Shown here in pieces: positions 17,751 to 26,861 of a stretch of 64,000 bases of DNA (positions within the stretch are counted from its first letter, which is position 1; each line of letters opens with the position of its first letter). The translations under genes and the position numbers were made by a program. Where the stretch lies: the IMG/VR virus record IMGVR_UViG_3300033153_016044, positions 1 through 64,000 of that record; one strand, written 5' to 3'. Under the pieces are notes generated by a model. The model searched no databases and was not told the origin of the DNA. It saw only the letters and a program-made list of their open reading frames with translations. The stretch is from a virus.

Positions 17751-19384
17751 AGGAGTATACCTGCCAGTGAGGTGTTGTTAAATGAAAGACCTTGGCTTGG
17801 GTCGAATCCTCTAACTTCAAGCGACTTTTCCCACCTAATCCTTTCAAAGTTATTGTGTGTGGCTCCTTCATTTCTAAAGAATGACTCAACCGCTGCTCTT
17901 GAGGTCCCATTGGCCAGTGAGGTAACCCAATTGGTGTATCCCTCTTGGTCTGGTTCTCTACCAAGGATGAGCTGATAACAAGCAAGAACAAAGTTTTCAT
18001 TATTTAGATTGCCAGGAACTTGTCTTTTGTTTATAACTCTATACTCTGGTCGCCTATCCCAAGTTTTGTTTCTATCATCAATTTGAATCTCATCGAAGAT
18101 TTCCTCAAATTTCTCTGCAGTAGAACTCCAGTTATGAAGCTTTTCTGATACAGCCCTAGCCAGTTTGCCCAGCTTCTTTCTCTTCTTTGGATTGCAGAGC
18201 AGAAGCTTAAATCCATCTACCATACTTTGGACATCTGGTAGTGACCTTACTGCCATCGTCTCAGCTTCTGTATAGAATGTTCCAATGTCTATGCCCATTC
18301 CTCCACCATTCTCAACGTGGTCTTCCATAGCTGAGTAGTTAGAATATAGGCCAGGAACTCCACAGGATTTTGCTTCAACAATAGGAAGAGCCCAGCCCTC
18401 ACAAATAGCTGGCTGGACATATATATCCATCATGTTAAAAATTTCAGATAGTTCCTCGGTAGAGACACCACTATGTGTGTTGGGCATATGAGCCTTCATC
18501 TCTCCACAGAAGATGCACTTGCCTAGCCCTTTCTTTCCCTCACTAGGAATGAACCAAGAGAAGAAGCACCTGTGGCAGCCGTCACACTTATAGGTGAATA
18601 TGACATGACGATTGATTCCATTTCTTTCAATTAGCTCAGGTATATTCCAACCAACATCCGGCCAACTGGTGTGGCAAAGTAGAACAGACTTCTTAACTTC
18701 TCTTAGATGTCCATACTCTTTACGTAGCTGGGAGTATGCCTGAAACAGTTCGGGGAAACACTTGCGCTTCTGATTTCTCATCACTGTTCCTATAATCTTC
18801 AAGCCTTTTTGAATTCCCCAGTCTGACCTAATCTTATTCTTATCGCCAGGAGAAAAGGCTTCTAGGTCTACACCGGGACTAGTAACAGTCTTGACTACTG
18901 CACCTTGACCTTCTAATACCCTCTTGCCAAACCTACTATATGTAGTGACTACATCTGCCTTCTTGAATATATTATCTATCCAATCTTTTCTTTGTGGGGC
19001 GCTATCAACAGTTGGAGTAAGAACAACCTTAAAGTTATCTCTAAACTGAGACTTCATAATATGTTCTACCATCCATGGGTCTCGGGCATCGAAGACAATA
19101 TCAGGCTGGAAGTCTGCTACTACAGCATCGAACTTATAAACACCAAACTGATTTGTGGGTTTACTCTTGTATATATCTGCCTCCTGTTGGTTCTTAGGTA
19201 GATTACCGTAAAACTTCCAGGGTAGCGCGAGGGCGCTAGGGTCTGATGAATTACCATAGCTACCAAACTCTGCTATGGTATACTTGCCTGTGTTGTGGAT
19301 TCTTCTTATAATCTCTTTGTTGTACGTAGCAAAACCAGTTGAAAGCCAACTGGATTCTCCACAAAATAAAATTCTCTTTTTCAT
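17747..19384 (-). CDS. Glycosyltransferase, GT4, with zinc-ribbon insert and C-terminal DUF4214-like domain
   Basis: STGF, RNQKRK, CDGC..CIFC insert, EGWALPIVEAKSCG; C-terminal FVLACYQLILGREPDQEGYTNWVTSLANGTSR. Confidence 0.88.
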   Translation of the reverse strand: MKKRILFCGESSWLSTGFATYNKEIIRRIHNTGKYTIAEFGSYGNSSDPSALALPWKFYGNLPKNQQEADIYKSKPTNQFGVYKFDAVVADFQPDIVFDARDPWMVEHIMKSQFRDNFKVVLTPTVDSAPQRKDWIDNIFKKADVVTTYSRFGKRVLEGQGAVVKTVTSPGVDLEAFSPGDKNKIRSDWGIQKGLKIIGTVMRNQKRKCFPELFQAYSQLRKEYGHLREVKKSVLLCHTSWPDVGWNIPELIERNGINRHVIFTYKCDGCHRCFFSWFIPSEGKKGLGKCIFCGEMKAHMPNTHSGVSTEELSEIFNMMDIYVQPAICEGWALPIVEAKSCGVPGLYSNYSAMEDHVENGGGMGIDIGTFYTEAETMAVRSLPDVQSMVDGFKLLLCNPKKRKKLGKLARAVSEKLHNWSSTAEKFEEIFDEIQIDDRNKTWDRRPEYRVINKRQVPGNLNNENFVLACYQLILGREPDQEGYTNWVTSLANGTSRAAVESFFRNEGATHNNFERIRWEKSLEVRGFDPSQGLSFNNTSLAGILL

Positions 19385-19737
19385 TCAATCACCTGGTAAG
19401 AAACCTTTTGTAAGTTTGCAAGCCTGTCCAGTGACCTTATTCTACTCTTCGCTAGTTTCTTTTCTATAGGCTTATTATTATGCTTGGCTGCCTTATATTT
19501 ACATAACATCATGAACGTCATTTTATCAAGGGACATGGGGTAGTTTAGCTCTGCAACAACAGTCAGAACTTCATGATACATACATCTCCAGGCATATGAC
19601 CTGAAGTTTTTTGCTGTTTCCCTTTTCTCAAAGGCACGCAATAGGCCTAGACATGCGGCCTGATAGCAGTCATCTCTTAGGTGGTATGGAACCTTCTTCA
19701 GGACTGAATAAATTAAGCTTTTGTATTCTTCTATCAC
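19381..19737 (-). CDS. Sigma-70 region-2-like protein (short)
   Basis: DDCYQAACLGLLRAFEK...FRSYAWRCM resembles DL.Q.G..GL..A...F..YA..W; no region 4. Confidence 0.65.
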   Translation of the reverse strand: MIEEYKSLIYSVLKKVPYHLRDDCYQAACLGLLRAFEKRETAKNFRSYAWRCMYHEVLTVVAELNYPMSLDKMTFMMLCKYKAAKHNNKPIEKKLAKSRIRSLDRLANLQKVSYQVIE

Positions 19738-19748
19738 GTATATACTCC

Positions 19749-19780
19749 GGAAGGGAGAGCAGAAAACTGCTCTCCCTTCC
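19749..19780. other. Perfect 14-bp hairpin between ssb and the sigma-like gene
   Basis: GGAAGGGAGAGCAG-AAAA-CTGCTCTCCCTTCC; no U-tract on the minus strand. Confidence 0.85.
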
Positions 19781-19788
19781 TGGCTATC

Positions 19789-20199
19789 CTAGAACGGCAG
19801 GTCGTCAATTGTTTCGGAGGTGCTGCTGGTAGTGGCGCTAACGACGGCTGCACTTGAACCATTAGAATCCTTACGGTTCTTGCCCACCTGAAGCTCTAGC
19901 ACATAAACCTTAAGTTTACTGCGCTTCTCGCCGGAGTCTCTAGTTGTCCACTCGTCTGTTTCTAGCCGACCTCTAATGTATACTTCGGTTCCCTTACCTA
20001 CACTTCTTTCAATATAATCAGCCTTTTGATTCCAAGCTTCACAATCTACAAAGGTTGGCTTATCAATCCACTTATCACCCTTCTTATATGAGCGATTAAC
20101 GGCCAGACGGATGGTGGCAACTCTACTGTCTCCACCAACTTCTTTAATCTCTGGCTCTTTAGTAGTGTGACCTACCAACATTACTTGATTTACATTCAT
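19789..20199 (-). CDS. ssb: Single-stranded DNA-binding protein
   Basis: VNQVMLVGH, LAVNR, GRLE, acidic tail ending DDLPF. Confidence 0.95.
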   Translation of the reverse strand: MNVNQVMLVGHTTKEPEIKEVGGDSRVATIRLAVNRSYKKGDKWIDKPTFVDCEAWNQKADYIERSVGKGTEVYIRGRLETDEWTTRDSGEKRSKLKVYVLELQVGKNRKDSNGSSAAVVSATTSSTSETIDDLPF

Positions 20200-20211
20200 T
20201 TTAAACTTCCT

Positions 20212-20691
20212 TTACGAATTCAAATTTACTAAAGACAAAAATGGAGATAAAACTCCAAATGAAATTGCTTCTCCGATGATATCCTCTGATAAGTTATCAT
20301 TCTCATCTATAAACTTTTCGTATAACTCTTTTACTTTAAGCTTCTTGAGTATAACATCAAAGTTTACAGTTCCTAGTTCTGGAGGATTGATAATAATTCC
20401 ATCAGTCTTCTCCCCTCCAGGGGTAACATAAATTACCTCGTCAGTATTTACGCCTTCCATTCTAAGGAAGGCCAACAGCTCTTCTGTTATTAAAGCCTCC
20501 GCTGCTAGCGGACTTATGGCTAGCGGCACCTGTGAGCCCGGACAAATCAGACCATTATCCCATCTCCATAATAACTTCGTGCCATCATATGACAACACTA
20601 CTCTATAACCATTTATATCACTAACCACAACGCATTGTGCTTTTGGTGGCGATAACTGAAGATAATTTAATATTCTGTTTCTACTTGACAT
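20212..20691 (-). CDS. Hypothetical protein
   Basis: AGGAG SD; downstream of a consensus promoter. Confidence 0.7.
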   Translation of the reverse strand: MSSRNRILNYLQLSPPKAQCVVVSDINGYRVVLSYDGTKLLWRWDNGLICPGSQVPLAISPLAAEALITEELLAFLRMEGVNTDEVIYVTPGGEKTDGIIINPPELGTVNFDVILKKLKVKELYEKFIDENDNLSEDIIGEAISFGVLSPFLSLVNLNS

Positions 20692-20708
20692 CTAGCTCTC
20701 CTGTTCTT

Positions 20709-20736
20709 ATTATACGCGGATTGAACAAGGTGTCAA
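20709..20736 (-). promoter_or_regulatory. Consensus sigma-70 promoter
   Basis: Minus strand TTGACA-N16-TATAAT (TTGACAccttgttcaatccgcgTATAAT). Confidence 0.85.
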
Positions 20737-20744
20737 TTACTTTC

Positions 20745-22313
20745 TTATAAATGTTCAATCGAATCTACTAGAAGACCAGTACCCTTATTATTATCGCTCT
20801 TCTTTCCTCTTATCAATACTGCCTTTCCTTCTTTAATAATCCAGCCCAGCTTATTGTATTGTCTAGAGAATACTGTCACACCATCCATCATATAGGTGGC
20901 GTCACTCACCTTCATAAAGCACATTAGATTTTGATTCTTATCTTTAATCTCTCTAATTTCCTCTATGATAACTCCTATACTTACTCTATCTCCATGCTTA
21001 AGACTAAGGAAATTTTGACATGTGGTATCCACATTCCAGTTATTGTATAGCTCAACCTCGCTACCGCTGAGTGGCATACCTAGGTGAAACTTTTCCCAAG
21101 CCAGAGCCATGCGTTTTCTGTTGCCGCCAAGGTCTCTTTTAATACCTGTCCATGAGCCCAGTAACTTTTCAATCCTGCCATTGCCACGAGGCACGCCATC
21201 TCTAATCAGCCCAGCCAACATATCATCAACAGGGACGTCATTAACACCATCGTTTTCAAACAGATAATTTCTTTCTCTATCTGTTAGCGTTAGGAGAAAA
21301 TCATACCTAGCCAGCAGCTTAACTCTATCTATAGGTATTGGGAGAGCACCGCACTTTATTAAAGACTGAACTACATTCTTCTTTACCTTACACTTGTCAA
21401 TAAATAGCTTCTTAAATAGTCCGTAGCTAGTATCAATTCCCTTTAGTTCCTTTATGGTCTTCAGAGATTTCTTACCCACCCCCTTAATATGACCCAGGCC
21501 AAACACCAAATCATTCTTCTCTGTGAATTCAAACTCACTATTACCAACCTCTACACTAGGGGGTAAGACATTAATCTTAAACAACTTAGCTTCATATACC
21601 AGCTGTTTAATTTCATCAAACTCATCCGGATTACTATCCGAGAACGCTAGCTTATTCTTGAAGAACTCTATAGGGAAGTGGACCTTGGCGTATGCTCCCC
21701 AATATCCAAGGAATGCGTAGCTAACAGCATGACTCTTATTAAATCCATAGCCAGCAAACTCTCTAATCCATGAGAAGATGGTTTCTGCTTTCTCTTTACT
21801 ATGTCCATTCTTAATAGACCCTTCAATGAATGCGGCCTCTACTTTCTCCATTAGAACAAGGTTCTTCTTGCCTACTGCCTTACGAGCCGTGTCAGCGTCC
21901 TGAAGAGAGAATCCTGCGAAGTCCGTGCAGATTCTCATAATCTGCTCCTGGTAGATGGGGACGCCCATGGTGTCCCTGAATATAGGCTCCAGCACAGAGT
22001 CAATATACTCTGGCTTCAGCTCCCCAGTCTTCGTCTTTACATAGGTGTCTGTAATGTTTAATATCTTGCCAGTCTCTGGGTCTTCTCTATACTCAGCTTC
22101 AAGACAGCCTGGCCTAATGAGACTGATGACTGCGGCCAGCTCTTCTATATTCTTAGGTTCAATCCTTTTGCAGAATCTTCTACCTAGCTGTTTCTCAATC
22201 TGAAAGAGCCCCTTGGTCAAGCCGTTACCTAGCAGGTCCCAGGCTGCGGGACATTGCAGATTCACTTTCTCAAAGTCTAGCTCCTCAAACTCACAACCAC
22301 AATCAAATTTCAT
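20745..22313 (-). CDS. dnaE: DNA polymerase III alpha subunit, C-terminal fragment (fingers, HhH, OB)
   Basis: GLFQIE, SLIRPG, IYQEQIM, RKAVGKK, FAGYGFNKSHAVSYA, FGLGHIKGVG; own GGAG SD and ATG. Confidence 0.92.
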   Translation of the reverse strand: MKFDCGCEFEELDFEKVNLQCPAAWDLLGNGLTKGLFQIEKQLGRRFCKRIEPKNIEELAAVISLIRPGCLEAEYREDPETGKILNITDTYVKTKTGELKPEYIDSVLEPIFRDTMGVPIYQEQIMRICTDFAGFSLQDADTARKAVGKKNLVLMEKVEAAFIEGSIKNGHSKEKAETIFSWIREFAGYGFNKSHAVSYAFLGYWGAYAKVHFPIEFFKNKLAFSDSNPDEFDEIKQLVYEAKLFKINVLPPSVEVGNSEFEFTEKNDLVFGLGHIKGVGKKSLKTIKELKGIDTSYGLFKKLFIDKCKVKKNVVQSLIKCGALPIPIDRVKLLARYDFLLTLTDRERNYLFENDGVNDVPVDDMLAGLIRDGVPRGNGRIEKLLGSWTGIKRDLGGNRKRMALAWEKFHLGMPLSGSEVELYNNWNVDTTCQNFLSLKHGDRVSIGVIIEEIREIKDKNQNLMCFMKVSDATYMMDGVTVFSRQYNKLGWIIKEGKAVLIRGKKSDNNKGTGLLVDSIEHL

Positions 22314-22885
22314 TAGAGACGCTCCAGTTTCAATTTCTTACCCATCCAGCATTCGAAGCACCTGGGCTCATACATATCTATTCCCCCTACTGCTACCTGG
22401 TCTGTATTATTAGTTTTCCTATATGTTCTAGTAGCGCTGCTTATCTTCTTGCACTTAGAGCAGACTGCCTTCAGACACACAATGTTATCTGCTAGAGATA
22501 GTAGGTCTGGCATAGCCCCGAATGGCATACCAGATGAGTCTTGTGCTAGCCCAGCGACTATGACATGAGTCCAACACATGAAGTCTCTAACTGTAGCTAT
22601 CAATTGGTTTCTATTAAAGAATTGAGCTTCATCGAATAAGAACACGTCAATACTTTGATATTTAGATAGTTGAGCAAAGCATTCGCCAACAACATTCTCT
22701 GTGTCTATTGCTATAGCAGGGAACTTATCTCCGTAGTGAGTAGCTATGCTATCAACACTATACCTATCATCATTCTTTGGTTTAAAAGCAACTACATCAT
22801 CACCGGCTATTGTGTGTGCTACGCCCTTGCTGATTAAAACAGAACTCTTGCCAGAAAACATAGGACCTGTAATGACCGTCAGCAC
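22313..22885 (-). CDS. tdk: Thymidine kinase
   Basis: GPMFSGKS, FDEAQFF, AVCSKC, YEPRCFEC. Confidence 0.95.
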   Translation of the reverse strand: MLTVITGPMFSGKSSVLISKGVAHTIAGDDVVAFKPKNDDRYSVDSIATHYGDKFPAIAIDTENVVGECFAQLSKYQSIDVFLFDEAQFFNRNQLIATVRDFMCWTHVIVAGLAQDSSGMPFGAMPDLLSLADNIVCLKAVCSKCKKISSATRTYRKTNNTDQVAVGGIDMYEPRCFECWMGKKLKLERL

Positions 22886-23103
22886 TATTCACCCATCAAT
22901 TCTTTTCCGATTTTATTCTTATACCAATCGCCGAAAGTTTCTCTCTTCATTTGAATATTGTTACTTCCTATAATTCTTCTTTCGCCTTTGCCATGGCACC
23001 TCATAAAGCTGCACTTAATTTTCTCTTTAGGGTCAGACGCGATGGGCATCGCTGCCGTCCATGAACCGCCACATAGGTCACAGATATATTTATAGTTTGG
23101 CAT
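22885..23103 (-). CDS. FmdB-family zinc-ribbon protein
   Basis: MPNYKYICDLCG...C...C...RII. Confidence 0.75.
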   Translation of the reverse strand: MPNYKYICDLCGGSWTAAMPIASDPKEKIKCSFMRCHGKGERRIIGSNNIQMKRETFGDWYKNKIGKELMGE

Positions 23104-23587
23104 TTATATGCTCCACTCTATATGCGACGCCATCTTTTTCAATTACTTCTCTCTTTACTAATAGCATGCAGGTGGCAAATCTATCTCCACCATTGACACT
23201 TCTGAATTTAGAGATGTTGGCATCATCAAACAGATATGCTTTTAGGTCTTCTGTAATAAACATGTATAATGTAAATCCTTTGTCTCCGGGAACTACATAA
23301 AAAACTTCTTCTGCTTCTGTAGAAGATATCCCCGTGAGCTTACCTTTTTTATTATGAGTTTCGAAACATAAATTCCCTGTCTTCTGAGCCATCTTGTCAT
23401 ATTTGATTTCAACTCGATATGAAATACCGCTATTAGATGTGACCTCTATGTCTCCCTCTGACTGTCTTTCTTTTTCCAGGTCAGCTATAGTAACCTTATA
23501 CGGACCCTTGTGTAGCTTATTAAGAAATGTCTTTACTACATCTACTGCTACTTTTGAATCTTCTAAATCTTTTAAAAAGTGTCCCAT
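23090..23587 (-). CDS. PD-(D/E)XK-fold nuclease-like protein
   Basis: GDI...VEIKYD...TGNLCFE motif. Confidence 0.6.
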   Translation of the reverse strand: MGHFLKDLEDSKVAVDVVKTFLNKLHKGPYKVTIADLEKERQSEGDIEVTSNSGISYRVEIKYDKMAQKTGNLCFETHNKKGKLTGISSTEAEEVFYVVPGDKGFTLYMFITEDLKAYLFDDANISKFRSVNGGDRFATCMLLVKREVIEKDGVAYRVEHINAKL

Positions 23588-24063
23588 TATGAAACTCCTG
23601 TACTTCCATATCCGCCCTCTCCTCTTTTAGAGATAGAGATACTATCAGTCCATGTAAAGTTTGCTTGAGGAGCCCTCTTAATAACAAACTGAGCCACTCT
23701 ATCTCCAGTCCTAACTGGAAATGGTTCTTTAGAACTGTTCTGTAGAATTACACCACACTTGCCTCTATATCCAGAGTCTATAGTTCCCGGTGAATTCAAT
23801 ACTGTGATGCCTTTTTTAAGAGCTAGACCCGACCTTGGTCTCACCTGAATCTCCCAGCCGTCTTCTATCTCCATCTTAAAGCCTAGGTCTAGTAAAGCTC
23901 TAGCTCCTGGTTGGATTACAGTCTCAGTTACACTACTTACATCTGCTCCTGCATCTCCAGGTTTTTTATATTCAGGCAACACAGCTTGCTCATGTGTTCT
24001 TTCTAATTTTACGCTAGGGTTTTTCCTCACGGCAATCTCAAAATCACTTTGCATCTTTTCCAT
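23587..24063 (-). CDS. dut: dUTPase (trimeric)
   Basis: AGADV, RPRSGLA, GTIDSGYRG, RVAQ, RGEGGYGSTG. Confidence 0.95.
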   Translation of the reverse strand: MEKMQSDFEIAVRKNPSVKLERTHEQAVLPEYKKPGDAGADVSSVTETVIQPGARALLDLGFKMEIEDGWEIQVRPRSGLALKKGITVLNSPGTIDSGYRGKCGVILQNSSKEPFPVRTGDRVAQFVIKRAPQANFTWTDSISISKRGEGGYGSTGVS

Positions 24064-25936
24064 TTCCGTTATGTCTCCTGTTTACATCTTCTTGAATTTG
24101 ATATAAAACATCCATTGTATTAAGTCCAAGAATATCTACCTTAAGATATCCAAGAGAATCTAATGTCTCTCCGTCCCACTCAGTAATAAGTTTCTTTTCT
24201 TTAGCATTCCATCTTAAAGGAATAGAACCTGTATCAAAAGATTCATCACTAATAACAATACCAGCGGGGTGCTGTCCAGAACTCTTTGGACAACCCTCTA
24301 GTCTGCCGGCGATACTGAATAGCCTGGGATACTTTTCTTGATACTCTTTTAGCTTATCATTCTTCTCTACTGCATCTTCCAGGTTCTTAACCTTTGTTAA
24401 TACATTACGAGTCATGACGTTGGCATCCTGGTGAGACATTCCCTTTCTTCCTAGAATCTTGGCAGTGTCCTTGAGTGCTGCCTTAGTAGCAAGAGTATTG
24501 AATGTTACCATCTGTGCTACTCTATCTTTTCCGAAGCGGTCCTCTATATATTTGACTACCTCACCTCTGCGGGCGCGGCTAACATCTATATCAATATCAG
24601 CCATAGAACCTTTACGTCCTATGTTGTAGAACCTCTCCCAAATAAGCCCATACTTAATTGGGTCAATTCCGGTAATTCTAAGAATATAACTAACAATAGA
24701 ACCCGCAGCAGAACCACGGCCTGGACCAACAGGAATATGCTGAGAACGGGACCAATTAACAATGTCCCAGATAATAAGAAAGTAGTCAGCAAGACGAGCG
24801 TCTTTAATATCTCGTAACTCTTTCTTAATCCTGGCCTTATGCTCCTCACAAGCTTCTTCAATCGGCGTACCATACCTGACTTCGTATCCGGACATAACAA
24901 GTTCAACGAGATAATTAAAGGATGTAAGGTCAATGACTTCTCCATTTTCATCTGTGTGCTCACAGCTCTTTGTAGCACAACCAGTTCCTTGATTAATGTT
25001 AGGAACGAATTCATACCTAGGAAGATGTAGCTTGTGCTTTATCTCTACGTCTCCTATGCGGTCAGCAATCTGAGCACTCATTTCTAGCTCTGCTTCAGTC
25101 ACAGTGCTCATGCGCTCTTCGCCGTCTTCTGTAGTAAGAGATTCTCTCAACATATGTTCGGCATTTTTTAGCCAATACTCTCTAGTAGAATAGTATGGGC
25201 GGAACTCTTTACCCTTGCCGTAGCCAACGGGCTTGTCGAAAGTATCCTTTGTTCTAATGGCCCAGATAGCCTCATGAACTTCAACATCATTTCTGTCAAT
25301 GTAATGAGCATCCTGACAGCCAACAATAGGAATATCTAGATGACCACCTAGCTGACGTAGCATCTTGTTAATCTCTGGCTGACAATTCAGTCCACCGTCT
25401 TGTGTCTCAAGATAGAATCTGTCACCGAAGATGCCCTTTAGTCTAAGAGCGTGCTCTGCAGCAACATCATAATTGCCTTCGTTGATATTCCATGGCACAA
25501 TGCCCTTGAGGCAGGCAGTAAGACATATAAGCCCCTCTCCGTATTGGTCCAGGTCATTGTAATCAACTCTGGCTGAGTAGTAGTATTTCTCATTAGCCTT
25601 TGTATTTAGAATCTTAATATTCTCCCACCCCTTTTGATTCATGGCAAGCATAATGATGTGGTGGTTTCGCGAAGCTCTTCTCTTATCTATCTTTGCTCTT
25701 GCCTTGTCCTTAGTATGGTCGTCTACCATATAAAATTCACAGGCTAGAATTGGTTTGATGCTTCTCTTCTTGCATTCCTTATAGAACTCTGGTACACCAG
25801 AGATGGTACCGTGGTCTGTTAGGGCTAGGGACTTGTGACCATACTCATCAGCTCTCTTGACTATATCTGGAATTTTAGATATAGCATCTAGTATGCTGTA
25901 TGAACTATGTAAGTGAAGGTGTGCCATCTCTGTCAT
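24044..25936 (-). CDS. dnaE: DNA polymerase III alpha subunit, N-terminal fragment (PHP + palm/thumb)
   Basis: HLHLHSSYS, LTDHG, GPGRGSAAGS, MADIDID, HPAGIVI, YLKVDILGL, then stop. Confidence 0.93.
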   Translation of the reverse strand: MTEMAHLHLHSSYSILDAISKIPDIVKRADEYGHKSLALTDHGTISGVPEFYKECKKRSIKPILACEFYMVDDHTKDKARAKIDKRRASRNHHIIMLAMNQKGWENIKILNTKANEKYYYSARVDYNDLDQYGEGLICLTACLKGIVPWNINEGNYDVAAEHALRLKGIFGDRFYLETQDGGLNCQPEINKMLRQLGGHLDIPIVGCQDAHYIDRNDVEVHEAIWAIRTKDTFDKPVGYGKGKEFRPYYSTREYWLKNAEHMLRESLTTEDGEERMSTVTEAELEMSAQIADRIGDVEIKHKLHLPRYEFVPNINQGTGCATKSCEHTDENGEVIDLTSFNYLVELVMSGYEVRYGTPIEEACEEHKARIKKELRDIKDARLADYFLIIWDIVNWSRSQHIPVGPGRGSAAGSIVSYILRITGIDPIKYGLIWERFYNIGRKGSMADIDIDVSRARRGEVVKYIEDRFGKDRVAQMVTFNTLATKAALKDTAKILGRKGMSHQDANVMTRNVLTKVKNLEDAVEKNDKLKEYQEKYPRLFSIAGRLEGCPKSSGQHPAGIVISDESFDTGSIPLRWNAKEKKLITEWDGETLDSLGYLKVDILGLNTMDVLYQIQEDVNRRHNGNGKDAK

Positions 25937-25937
25937 G

Positions 25938-26861
25938 TTATGCTCCTACCGTCGGTAGCTTCTTGCTTCGCTCTACTGCTGGTGGCAACACGAACCTACC
26001 ATTTACTGTATATTCCTGCTTGATTTTTCCACACTCATCATAACCTATGCACCAACTGCACTTGAATGACTTCTTTCTGACTGGGCTACATGCCGTAGCA
26101 ATCTTCCCGTAACAATCTTTAAGGAACTGTCTAGTCTTCTCATCATCCTCTCTATTAAAGATAACACTAACAGGTCCCTTCCTTAAATAATCCAGTGTCA
26201 TAACTACATAGTTATACTGTGGGAATAGTTCCTTTGCTACCATGCTATAGATACGCATCTGCAAATCCTTAAAGGCTGCATCTGTATTCTTAGTATAATT
26301 GCCAGTCTTATAGTCCCTGACCTCTAGGGTTTCTTCGTCTATCTCTGTCACCAAATCCATAAAGCCTCGGACCTTAAAGCCCTCATACTCTTTTTCAAAG
26401 GCAACCTCAGCACCAATTATCTTGCGATTCAGAACCGAGTCTGGTCTAATAATGGTATGCTCAAGAAGCTTAAGGTCATCTTCAAAGTTTGGCTTAGGAC
26501 AGCCCTCAAAATCCTCTACGCTTCTATTAGCTATAGAGCAGGTGTTGCCACTAGCTAGCCATTTACATTCAGCACAATTCTTTTCTACGGGGTGAGGGAA
26601 TCCTCTATTCGGCTTTCTGTCATCCCACTCCCAGACCTTGTGCTTTTCATAATAATTCTTCAGATGTTGGACATAATCCTTGCTGTCTTCTTTTACATAT
26701 AGCTCAAGAGCCTCGTGAACTGCACTACCCTTGTGTGTGGCTATAGAAGCACCCTTAAGCTCAGGCAGAGCTAGGTGATACTGTAGAAAGTATTTGAATG
26801 GACACGTCATGTATGTGTCCAATCTAGAGGCTGATAGATATTCAATTTTCATTACTGACAC
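25938..26861 (-). CDS. PD-(D/E)XK exonuclease, Cas4/AddB-like with Fe-S cysteines
   Basis: LSASRL..CP, GSAVHEALE, GFMDLV, DYKTG, QMRIY, CSWC...C. Confidence 0.85.
   Translation of the reverse strand: MSVMKIEYLSASRLDTYMTCPFKYFLQYHLALPELKGASIATHKGSAVHEALELYVKEDSKDYVQHLKNYYEKHKVWEWDDRKPNRGFPHPVEKNCAECKWLASGNTCSIANRSVEDFEGCPKPNFEDDLKLLEHTIIRPDSVLNRKIIGAEVAFEKEYEGFKVRGFMDLVTEIDEETLEVRDYKTGNYTKNTDAAFKDLQMRIYSMVAKELFPQYNYVVMTLDYLRKGPVSVIFNREDDEKTRQFLKDCYGKIATACSPVRKKSFKCSWCIGYDECGKIKQEYTVNGRFVLPPAVERSKKLPTVGA

Noticed and set aside
19749-19780. Hairpin as an intrinsic terminator of ssb
   Set aside because: No U-tract follows on the coding strand; kept as an unclassified hairpin.
22314-24043. Possible intron or split intein joining the dnaE halves
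   Set aside because: The interval is fully occupied by four coupled ORFs, no intein terminal motifs are seen, and the C-half has its own SD and ATG.
25938-26861. Cas4-like gene as evidence of CRISPR-Cas
   Set aside because: No repeat-spacer array or other cas genes seen; solo Cas4-like nucleases are common in phages.
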